From positions 70,745 to 134,744 of the forward strand of contig CAZAOT010000001.1 in assembly GCA_964487045.1 (NCBI GenBank): a stretch of DNA of 64,000 nucleotides. The letters are read 5' to 3'. Origin of the DNA: an uncultured Candidatus Saccharibacteria bacterium. Its GTDB lineage: Bacteria; Patescibacteriota; UBA1384; DTJR01. Under the pieces are notes generated by a model. It searched no databases. It was given only the letters and a program-made list of their open reading frames with translations, and had not been told where the DNA came from. Made by a program: the position numbers and the translations under genes. Positions 1-9,700 of the stretch are shown piece by piece (position 1 is the stretch's first letter; every line of letters begins with the position of its first letter).

Positions 1-1
1 C

Positions 2-3000
2 ACCGCTTATGTCGCTGGCATTACTTATGACGAGTCCTCTGGTTATATTTATGCCACAATAAACGCAGGAGCGATCAAAACCAAAATTGATGGAACGGGT
101 TATACCAAGTTAAGTTCTCAGGGCTCGGGCTCTGGATACATTTCTAACACCGCCGGTGGGCTGGTCTATAATACAAACGACAACAAACTATATATTGCCG
201 ATACTGGTAATAGTAGATTGACTGTGTTAAATGTTGGTGATTTCTCTGCACTCGCCGAGTCGTCATCGAGCGGTTTTTCAAAAGGCAGGCTGAATTATCC
301 CCGTGGTTTTTCTTATGATTCCTCAACTGGCTACTTTTATATAGCTGACGCATATAACCACCGAATTGTTAAGACAAAAATAGACGGTACTGGCTGGGAA
401 ACTTTTGGTACTTACGCTTCTAGTAGTAACTTGATAGGGCAATTCAATTATCCTTCGGACGTCTATTACGATTCGGCTAGCGAATATTTATATATAGCTG
501 AATCCGGTGGTTCAAGGATAGTTAAAACAAAATTTAATGGCGCTGGTTGGACGAGCTATGGCTCAAATGGGTCGGGTACTGGAAACTTTAATAATCCGTA
601 TGGAATATGGTACGACTCGGGTTCAGACTACATTTATGTTGCCGACACTAGTAACCGGCGAATTGTCAAAACCAAGATTGACGGCACCGGCTGGACGACT
701 TATGGTAGCTTGGGATCGGGGGTAGGTAATTTTAATAGTCCAAGGGATGTTGTTTTTGATTCTGCTTCTGGAAATTTATATATCGCTGACACTAGTAATT
801 ACCGAATTGTTAAGACACAAATAGACGGCACCGGCTGGACGACGTATGGCAGCGCAGGATCGGGGGCAGGTAATTTTAATAGTCCTACGGGGATTTCTTA
901 CGATTCATCAACGGGGAATATTTATGTCGTAGATTATGGTAATTATCGTGTGGTTCGCACACTGATTGATGGTTCGGGGTGGTCGGAGTTTGGGGTTAAT
1001 CATGGTAATGCCGGAGGTTATATTAGTGGAAGCTTTAATAATTTGACTGGAGGGATTTCATATGACTCTTCAACTGGCACCGTTTGGGTTGCTCAAGGAT
1101 CAAATACAGCACAAAGTTACAGCCAAATTATCGGATTTACAATGGGTGGTGGTTGGACAAGCTATGGCTCAAGCGGGTCGGGAGCGGGTAATTTTTCCAC
1201 GCCGTCGGCGGTGTATTACGACCAGCCTTCCGGTTATTTATATATTGCAGATAAAGACAATGAACGCATTGTAAAAACCAAGATCGACGGCACCGGTTGG
1301 ACGACTTATGGCAGCTCAGGATCGGGGGTAGGTCAGTTCGCTTTAAATACTATGGATGGAATTTGGTATGACGCCGCCACTGAATATATTTACATTGCTG
1401 ACACTGGGAATAACCGTATCGTCAAGACAAAAATAGACGGTACCGGCTGGACAACATATGGCAGTTATGGGACTGGGAATGGAAAATTTTCTAATCCACG
1501 CGGTATTAATTATGACTCTGCCTCTGAATATTTATATATTGCCGATTCTGGGAATAACCGTATCGTCAAGACAAAAATAGACGGCACCGGTTGGACGACT
1601 TATGGAAGTGGTGGCGCGGCGATAGATAAACTATCGTCCCCGTATGATGTTAAATACGACCCTGCCAGCGAATATTTATATATTGCCGACTATGGAAATA
1701 GCCGTGTAATTAAAACAAAAATTGATGGAACAGGGCTGACCTTTTACGGAGGCCCGGGTAACTCGAGTAGCTACAATAAAGGTGTAGGATTTTTAACCGG
1801 AATTACCGGTGTAGATTATGATGCGGCAACCGGCTATGTTTATGCAACCGCTTCGGGGACATCAGCCAATCGTATTTCAAAATTTAAAATGGATGGAAGC
1901 TATTTTGCAGCTCTTGGATCAGACGCTGGCAGTGGGATTGATGTATTTAGCGCACCGAACGGAATTGCTTATGATAGTAGCACTGGCAATTGCTACGTTA
2001 TGGATTCAAGTAATAATCGAGTCGCCAGAGTTAATATTGGCGGAGATAATTGGCAATCGATCGGTAGGGGATCACTAGATTTTAATCGTTATTATGGCAG
2101 AGGCTTTTTCTATGATCAATCAGCGGATGATATATTTTTAACCAATTCTTACCCAGGCACAATTTCTAAGATGAAGTTTGGCAGTGAATCGCGCACAAAT
2201 TATTTTATGACTTCTACCACAGGGCAGACAAAAGTCGGTCAAATTTCGTACCCAATAGATGTGTATTATGATAATGCCAGCGGTTATTTTTATATCCTTG
2301 ATGGGTCCACCAGTCTTATTAAAACAAAAGCAGATGGCACTGGGTGGACAACGCTTGGCAGTCTTTCTTCCCCAAAAAGTGTTTGGTATGATTCTGTCTC
2401 AGATTATATCTATGTAGCAGATACCAGTAACGACAGAATTGTTAAGAGTAAGATTGATGGGACTGGTCGTGTTAATTATGGCACCGCTGGAACTGGAATC
2501 GGCAACTTTAATGATCCTCAAGGCGTGTACTACGATGCCGCCTCTGAATACCTCTATATTGCTGACACTGGGAATAACCGAATTGTCAAAACCAAGATTG
2601 ACGGTACCGGCTGGACAACATATGGCACAACCGGTTCTGGTACAGGAAACTTTAACTCTCCCGGGCGCATATATTACGATGCGTCTTCAGATAATATCTA
2701 TATTGCTGATATTACCAACAACAGGATTGTAAGGACTAAAATTGACGGCACCGACTGGGCAACTTTAAATGTTTTTGATACACCTAATGACGTCCAGTAT
2801 GATTCGTCTACGGGATACTTGTATGTTCCATTAGCAAGAGGAAATGTACTTAAAACAAAATGGGATACATATAGTTCATATTCAACTACCTTATCGGCTA
2901 GCAACAAAGTCTTGCTTCAGTCTCAGGGGGACGGTATGAGGCTTGAGATGGATCCTTTAACTTCAAGGATTGTTTTTTATCCAGTATATAATACGAACAA

Positions 3001-5998
3001 GGATATATATGTCAAATCAGATGCTTTAAACACCTCTGGTGATACTTGGACTAAAATTGATGCTTACTGGAATCAGCCTGCGGGTCAATTGAAACTTGTC
3101 GTTGACGATACCGAATATGTAGGAACGGGAACTTGGGATCTACCGAGTTATGGCGACAATTTTTATGTTGGCTCAAATACAGCTGGCACAGAAACTCTCG
3201 GGGGATCAATTGACAATCTACGACTTATGGATATTTACGAAGATTCGGATATGCCGACCAATCCAACTACTGTTCATGGTTATTCTGCTACAAATAAGTC
3301 AATAGAGTTAACGAATGACCAGTGGTACACCTACACGACCACAGGACCGTATTTCGAGTGGTCGGGGGCGGCTGATGTCGGCTCGGGTATTTCTGGTTAT
3401 TATGTTTATTTTGGAACAAATGGATCTGCTAACCCAATAACACAGGGTACATTTCAAGAGGCGGCGACCTATCAAAACACTACTAACCTAACAACGGGTC
3501 AGACTTATTATTTGCGAGTTTCAGCAAAAGATAACTCCAACCATTCGGCAGTCGGAACAACATTATTTACCTACAAATATGATGTTGATCCTCCAAGTCC
3601 GCCAGACCATGTAGATGTGAATCCGCTTGGATGTTCAACCGCGGCAAGCTACACAATGAGTTGGGATGAGCCTAGCGGCGGTAATTCTGGGGTGATGGGC
3701 TACGAGTATAAAAATGGACCTGACGGAGAAGTAGCATATATTACAGAAAGACAGGCTGTTGTCAGCCATTATCAAGATAATGGTAACTTCTTTTATGTAA
3801 GAACTAAAAATAATGCTGGAAGTGTATCAAACTGGCAATCCGCAACTTATTGTTATGCTACGGATGCTGGGCCACCAACTAATCCGACAACAGTTGAAGG
3901 TAAAAATACCTCTGGTGGATCAGTTACTCTAACTAGTGGAAACTGGTATAATTACTCGAGTCCTTACTTCAGTTGGAATGATGGCACTGATGACACTGGC
4001 ATAGCAGGGTATTATGTATATTTTGGAATTTCTGCTGTTGCCGATCCGGCAACCGACGGAGTTTATCAAGCCGGAAAAACATACACTGCTACAGCCTCAA
4101 GCTCTGGGCAAAACTACTATTTAAGAATAAAAGCAAAGGATCTGGCAGGTAATGCTGCGGCAACGACTTGGGAGGCATTTAATTATCGATATTCGACTGA
4201 AGCGCCTGAAAACCCGACAAATCTAACGGTTTTATCGTCTCAAGGAAGTTCTACAAATTTGACTACTGCTACTTGGTACAATCATGCTCATCCATATTTC
4301 GAATGGTCGGGTGCCGGAGGGGGGCAGGGAGTCCAGGGTTATTATGTTTATTTTGGCACAACCGAAGGAGCGGATCCTCTGAACGATGGAGTATTTCAGG
4401 TTGCCAATACTTATTCGCCGACGACTATGAATTCAGGCTCAACTTATTATTTAAAAATTAAAGCCAAGGATAATGCTGGTAACCCTGCGAGTGCAACTTG
4501 GTCGCCGTTTAATTATAAATATGACGGTACGGCTCCCGAAATCCCCGAATTTATTTCAGTTGATCCTAAAAACTGTTCAACAACAACAAGCTTCACTCTA
4601 AGCTGGGATGCGGTTACTGACGGGCAATCGGGGCTTGCTGGTTATGACTATAAAAAGGGTAGTTCTGGTTCGGTGGTTGAGACAGATGAGCATTCGATAG
4701 CCGTGACTGCCTACCAAGAGGGCGATAACATTTTCTATGCCAGAAGCAAAGATAATGCAGGTAATACATCTTCTTGGCAAACTGGTGTATTTTGCTCGAC
4801 TGGAACTGTTCACGTGACTAGTGGTCCTCAAGCCGAAGCAGGTCCTTCTTCGCTTGAAGTATCGTGGGTAACTGACAAGAAATCAACCTCTTATGTGCAG
4901 GTATATGAAGGTAATACTTATATATCGGAACAAGGTCATACATCGTATTCGACTGCTCACTCAGTGCAAACGGTCGGTCTAAAGCCAGAGAAAGAATATC
5001 GATATAAATTAGTTTGGACAGACGAAAATGGTAATTTAGGTGAAAGTGAGTGGAATACAGCGGATACTGCTATCGCTCCAGTAGTGAAGGAGATCAGAGC
5101 AGACGTAACCGATCCTCGGACAGCACTTGTTTCGTGGCAAACTACATATGTTTCTACTTCAGAATTACAATTTGTGGACGGTACTAGAGAAGCTATAAAA
5201 TCTGGAACTGGTACTGATTTTTCACAAAAAATTGACAATCTCGAACCAGGAAAGAATTATCAAATTAGAATCAAATCCATCTCCGACGATGGAACTGAAT
5301 TTTTTGGTCAAGACGTGATAGAGACTCCACCACTTCCGACAATTTCAAATCTTAGAATGGAGTCAGACAATAAAGGTTCAAGTGTAAAGATTAAGGCTGA
5401 TTGGATTACCAATACTGAAACTACCCAAAGTCTTTTTTACGGATTAAAGGGAGAATCCAAAAAAGAAGTTTCATCTAGCGAGAAAAAGATAGAGCATAGC
5501 CTGGAAATTTCGGGCCTTCAAGATCAGACCGAGTATGAAATATATGTTTCTGGAGCAGATAAGTATGGCAATGTCATCAATTCCGAAGTAAGAACATTTA
5601 CTACTCCTATTGATACTAGACCGCCACAGATTTCCGAAATCACTACTGAGAGCTCAAACGTAGGATTAAACAAACTTGATAAAGCCCAAATAGCTGTATC
5701 GTGGAAGACTGACGAGCCTGCCTCTAGTTATATCGAATATTCTGAAGGCATTAGTGGCGATGATTACTCTAGCAAAACAACCGAGGACAAGAACTACTCC
5801 ACGAGTCGTGTGATTATTATTCCTGACTTAGATCCAAATCGAGCCTATCATATGAGGGTTGTGTCTACTGACAAAGCAGGAAACGTTACTAAATCAGAGG
5901 ATGTTTCGGTTGTTCCTGGAGAAGTACCGCGATCACTCTTGAAAGTATTGTTATCAACTTTTGAGAATGTGTTTGGTTGGTTGGGGAACTTGATTTAA
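2..5998 (+). CDS. Giant surface protein, 5'-truncated by the window: NHL-like beta-propeller repeats, LamG-like domain, Ig/FnIII-like modules, conserved C-terminal module
   Basis: The frame is open from base 2 (TAYVAGITYDESSGYIY...), so the TTG at 218 is not the true start. Many Y-I-A-D-x2-N-x-R-I-V-K-T-K-I-D-G-T-G-W repeats; LamG-like YVGS...GGSIDNLRL; three PxNPT...PYF.W...GYYVYFG modules; FnIII-like W.T...S.H.V...L repeats. Confidence 0.9.
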   Translation, partial: TAYVAGITYDESSGYIYATINAGAIKTKIDGTGYTKLSSQGSGSGYISNTAGGLVYNTNDNKLYIADTGNSRLTVLNVGDFSALAESSSSGFSKGRLNYPRGFSYDSSTGYFYIADAYNHRIVKTKIDGTGWETFGTYASSSNLIGQFNYPSDVYYDSASEYLYIAESGGSRIVKTKFNGAGWTSYGSNGSGTGNFNNPYGIWYDSGSDYIYVADTSNRRIVKTKIDGTGWTTYGSLGSGVGNFNSPRDVVFDSASGNLYIADTSNYRIVKTQIDGTGWTTYGSAGSGAGNFNSPTGISYDSSTGNIYVVDYGNYRVVRTLIDGSGWSEFGVNHGNAGGYISGSFNNLTGGISYDSSTGTVWVAQGSNTAQSYSQIIGFTMGGGWTSYGSSGSGAGNFSTPSAVYYDQPSGYLYIADKDNERIVKTKIDGTGWTTYGSSGSGVGQFALNTMDGIWYDAATEYIYIADTGNNRIVKTKIDGTGWTTYGSYGTGNGKFSNPRGINYDSASEYLYIADSGNNRIVKTKIDGTGWTTYGSGGAAIDKLSSPYDVKYDPASEYLYIADYGNSRVIKTKIDGTGLTFYGGPGNSSSYNKGVGFLTGITGVDYDAATGYVYATASGTSANRISKFKMDGSYFAALGSDAGSGIDVFSAPNGIAYDSSTGNCYVMDSSNNRVARVNIGGDNWQSIGRGSLDFNRYYGRGFFYDQSADDIFLTNSYPGTISKMKFGSESRTNYFMTSTTGQTKVGQISYPIDVYYDNASGYFYILDGSTSLIKTKADGTGWTTLGSLSSPKSVWYDSVSDYIYVADTSNDRIVKSKIDGTGRVNYGTAGTGIGNFNDPQGVYYDAASEYLYIADTGNNRIVKTKIDGTGWTTYGTTGSGTGNFNSPGRIYYDASSDNIYIADITNNRIVRTKIDGTDWATLNVFDTPNDVQYDSSTGYLYVPLARGNVLKTKWDTYSSYSTTLSASNKVLLQSQGDGMRLEMDPLTSRIVFYPVYNTNKDIYVKSDALNTSGDTWTKIDAYWNQPAGQLKLVVDDTEYVGTGTWDLPSYGDNFYVGSNTAGTETLGGSIDNLRLMDIYEDSDMPTNPTTVHGYSATNKSIELTNDQWYTYTTTGPYFEWSGAADVGSGISGYYVYFGTNGSANPITQGTFQEAATYQNTTNLTTGQTYYLRVSAKDNSNHSAVGTTLFTYKYDVDPPSPPDHVDVNPLGCSTAASYTMSWDEPSGGNSGVMGYEYKNGPDGEVAYITERQAVVSHYQDNGNFFYVRTKNNAGSVSNWQSATYCYATDAGPPTNPTTVEGKNTSGGSVTLTSGNWYNYSSPYFSWNDGTDDTGIAGYYVYFGISAVADPATDGVYQAGKTYTATASSSGQNYYLRIKAKDLAGNAAATTWEAFNYRYSTEAPENPTNLTVLSSQGSSTNLTTATWYNHAHPYFEWSGAGGGQGVQGYYVYFGTTEGADPLNDGVFQVANTYSPTTMNSGSTYYLKIKAKDNAGNPASATWSPFNYKYDGTAPEIPEFISVDPKNCSTTTSFTLSWDAVTDGQSGLAGYDYKKGSSGSVVETDEHSIAVTAYQEGDNIFYARSKDNAGNTSSWQTGVFCSTGTVHVTSGPQAEAGPSSLEVSWVTDKKSTSYVQVYEGNTYISEQGHTSYSTAHSVQTVGLKPEKEYRYKLVWTDENGNLGESEWNTADTAIAPVVKEIRADVTDPRTALVSWQTTYVSTSELQFVDGTREAIKSGTGTDFSQKIDNLEPGKNYQIRIKSISDDGTEFFGQDVIETPPLPTISNLRMESDNKGSSVKIKADWITNTETTQSLFYGLKGESKKEVSSSEKKIEHSLEISGLQDQTEYEIYVSGADKYGNVINSEVRTFTTPIDTRPPQISEITTESSNVGLNKLDKAQIAVSWKTDEPASSYIEYSEGISGDDYSSKTTEDKNYSTSRVIIIPDLDPNRAYHMRVVSTDKAGNVTKSEDVSVVPGEVPRSLLKVLLSTFENVFGWLGNLI

Positions 5999-6040
5999 TA
6001 TGTTTAGCTAGTTGTTTTCGAATGAGAATAACTTATTGAG

Positions 6041-6628
6041 TTATTTTAATCCATTAATTATAAATCTTACGATATTCTTTTTGTAACTTGTTAAATCATA
6101 TTTTTTCGAGTTAATTTCTAGGAGCATGACCTGAGAAACAATTACGCTGAGTATCAAACCAGCAAATTCCATCGTTTTAAAATCAGTGTGAAATTCTTTT
6201 TTCCTTTGACCTTCGTCCAGTATTTCCTTCAGAGTTCTGTGAAAGTGATTATCCTCCATTTTGCCAATGAGATTGTTTTGTGAAATAGAAAATTCAAAAA
6301 TTGCCAATAATCCTAGCCTCTGATTGTCCATATTGCCATTTACCAGAAGATTAAGAGCTCTCTCGAGTTTAGCCTCAGCAGAAAAAGTATCTTGTATAGA
6401 AGACTCATATATTTGTTTGAATTCTAGACCCAACAAATCCATAACGCTTTTGAAAATATCTTCTTTGGAAGAAAAGTGATGATAAACAGTTCCTTTTACT
6501 ACATTAGCCTTCGCTGCAATCATATCAACGGTTGACCTGTCGAAACCATGCCGAGCAAAAATCCTTTTTGCTCCTAAAAGAATTTTTTTTCTACTGGACT
6601 TATAGATCCTTTTATTCAATTTGGGCAT
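6041..6628 (-). CDS. TetR/AcrR family transcriptional regulator
   Basis: HTH signature ILLGAKRIFARHGFDRSTVDMIAAKANVVKGTVYHHFSSKEDIF. The ATG at 6628 (MPKLNK) is preferred over 6673. Confidence 0.9.
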   Translation of the reverse strand: MPKLNKRIYKSSRKKILLGAKRIFARHGFDRSTVDMIAAKANVVKGTVYHHFSSKEDIFKSVMDLLGLEFKQIYESSIQDTFSAEAKLERALNLLVNGNMDNQRLGLLAIFEFSISQNNLIGKMEDNHFHRTLKEILDEGQRKKEFHTDFKTMEFAGLILSVIVSQVMLLEINSKKYDLTSYKKNIVRFIINGLK

Positions 6629-6707
6629 TAGGAAATATATATCATATATTGCATAAATAATAAATATTCCCATATAAAAAAAATAATGAACAGGCGGGGT
6701 AGGGAGT

Positions 6708-6735
6708 TTGCTTATTACCGACTGATAAGTATAAT
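6708..6735 (+). promoter_or_regulatory. Sigma70-like promoter of the Kelch giant gene, possibly overlapping a TetR operator
   Basis: TTGCTT-N16-TATAAT ending 9 nt before ATG 6745. Imperfect inverted repeat GCTTATTA-ccgac-TGATAAGT lies over the spacer. Confidence 0.45.
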
Positions 6736-6744
6736 ATAAACAGA

Positions 6745-9700
6745 ATGGGAGGGCGTATTTATAAGGTTGTTTACAGGACGAAAACTGTTGGCCGTAGGTT
6801 TAGCCGTGCCTTTGGTAATCTTTTTTTTGATGCTATCCAGGTAGTAAAAGTTTTATTCAAAATTAGGCGTTGCCCTGAAAAATTTTTGTCTAAATTTTTA
6901 ATATTAGCATGCCTAATCTCAATGGCTGTTTTAGTTTATGTTTATCCGTCGTCTGCAAATAGCAAATCTTATTCGATAACTACAAAAGAAGATTGGGAGG
7001 GAGGCACTCTTTCTAATCTTATAACTACTGATGCTCCCGGGGATCTTAAACTTGCTTCGGGTGGAACACTTTCTCATCAGGCTTGGCAAGACCCTCCAAA
7101 TACTGTTGGCTCTGGTGCAGCTGCTTCGGATGGGACAGATATTTATTTGCTCCGGGGTAATTACGATATTAATTTTTATAAGTATTCGAGTGCAAAAAAT
7201 ACTTGGTCGACATTGGCTGACGCTCCAGTGCAGGTTGGCCAAAGTAGTGCGCTTACTTATGATAACAGCGGTCATTTTTATGCTTTTTTTGGTAGAAATA
7301 CTCGCCAGTTTTATAAATACACAATCGCAACAAATTCTTGGACTGCTCTGGGTGACTTGCCCGACACGGTTAATATTGGTTCAAATATGGTGTTTACTAA
7401 CGGCAAGTTGTATATCTTGCGCTCAAACGCAACGACTGATTTTTGGTCATATACAATCGAAACAGGCGCTTGGGCAACCCTCAAGGCAACGCCTGCTACA
7501 TTTACAACCGCAAACGGATTTGTGACAGATGGGACTTATATTTATGCCTGTCGAGGTAATACTTTATGGTATAGGTACAACATCGCTTCAAATATTTGGG
7601 AGGCAATGACGACAGTTCTGCCAATTTCTCTAGCAGAGCAAACAGATTTTGTTTTGAGAAATGGAAGTATTTATTTTGCCGCACCCAGCTCTGCAACATA
7701 TTACAAGTGTGAACTTAGTGGTTTGGCTTGTACCGGAAATGCGTGGACAACGGCTACAACACTTCCTGCCGCAACTCGTTATAGCAACGCTGTCTACAAT
7801 GCATCCGATGATTATATTTATATTTTTCGTGGTAATAGTACTTACGATTTTTGGAAATATAGGCCCGGGGAGAGCAAAGTTGCTGGTCCTCAAATTTTTC
7901 CGCAAAACTTTACTACTGGAGGAGATATTGTTTACGGTGGAGGCGACACGGTCTATGGCTTGAAGGGAGCAGCAGCAGCCAATGGTTTTTATTCATATTC
8001 GATTGCCTCAGGCACATGGACACTCAAATCAGTCACTGGCTTGCCAACCCTCAGCAATGATGCAAAGACTGTAAAAGCGGGGGATAAGATTTATACATCA
8101 TCGGCAGCAAGTACTGCCTTCACAGCTTACGACACTACCAATGATGCGGCTGGTTGGGTAGCTAAAGCGGTTTCTCCGGGGGCTTTCGGAGCAGGTACAT
8201 CATTTACGTATCTCGGTGGGGATCTTATCTATGCGATGAGAGGTGCGGGTACTGTAAGTTTCTATGCCTACAGCATTTCAAATAATAACTGGTCAACATT
8301 TGACCCAGCCGATCTGCCAGCTGGTCTCGCACCAAGCATTGGTGCCCGCACTGTGACTAATGGTACTGAAATATTTGCGACAATGGGTAATGGAAGTAGT
8401 AAATTTTATAAGTATGAAGCCCAAAGCAATACTTGGGAAGAGAAGACTCAGCTTCCATTTGGCGCATATTATGGAACGGATCTGACATATTACAACGGAA
8501 AAATTTATGCAATCGATGGAAACTATCGGTCCGGACTATACGAATATGATATTTCAGCAAATAGTTGGAGAAAATTAGCCGACCTTCAGACCAGAACGAA
8601 TCTAAATAATGGAATGTGGTCAGGAAGTTCTATCGAATACGTAGGAAACAATGATCTGATGATCACTTTCGGGGCATCAAATATGGTTTTCTTTTATGAT
8701 GTTGATTCAAATACTTTTGCTTCCAGCGGATCTTACGAGTCAGCTTCAATCGACTTGGGAAATGTTTCAGCTTGGGGCTCGCTAACTGTAGCCAAGACAA
8801 CTCCGAGTGGAACTTCGGTTGTGGTTGAGACCAAAACTAGTGCCGACAACACCAATTGGCCTGAAAATTGGACTGCAGTATCTGGCACAACTATTGGATC
8901 TGACATTAATCGGTATGTAAAAATAAAGATTACTTTGAACGCAAATGGTGATAGAACACTTGCTCCGACAGTCAGCTCTCTAACCTTAAATTATAATCCC
9001 GATGATGTTGATCCAACTAATCCTCAGCAGGGTTCATTCACGGGACTTTCAGCAGAGGGGGGCACTGCGATAACGTCAACGACTGCGTACAGACACGAAC
9101 ATCCTTATTTCAGCTGGTCTGCAGGCGCTGATGCTGATTCTTATGTAGAAGGATATTATGTGTATTTTGGTTCTAATCAATCAGCGGATCCACAAGTAGA
9201 TGGAGTGTATCAAACAGCTACAAATTACAAAGTAAATGACAAGATTGCCGTTGGGAACAACTATTTATTAGTTAAAACCAAGGACCAGGCTGGAAATATT
9301 ACCGATAGTGCTGTCCAAGGGTTTATCTATAATTATATAGGAGCTACGCCTGCTACCTCGACTTTGTCTTCTGACGCGGATTTTAACGCTGGAGACAAAA
9401 CTAACCTTAGTGTCTCATCGGATAGCTTTGCGTTAGAGTCAAAAGCTGGCTTTTGGCAACAACAAAAGCTTTCTGTTTTTCCAGCCACGAGCGCTGCAGG
9501 AGCATCGATTATTAAGAAGGGTAATAAGCTCTATGCTACTCGCGGCTCGACAAATGCTTTTTATTCCTATGATTATGATACAGATACTTGGGCAACACTA
9601 ACGAGTACTAATCTAGGAGCTATGACAACCAACGGAGGCCTGGTCGACGGTCCTGGAAATTATATTTACGCATACCGTGGTAGCACTAGCGCATCATTCT

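Noticed and set aside
218-220. TTG at 218 as the start of giant 1
   Set aside because: The frame is open and repeat-like from base 2, so the gene begins before the window.
350-2760. Regularly spaced DNA repeats as a CRISPR array
   Set aside because: They are in-frame coding repeats with a period of about 144 nt, the intervening sequences are homologous, and no cas genes are present.
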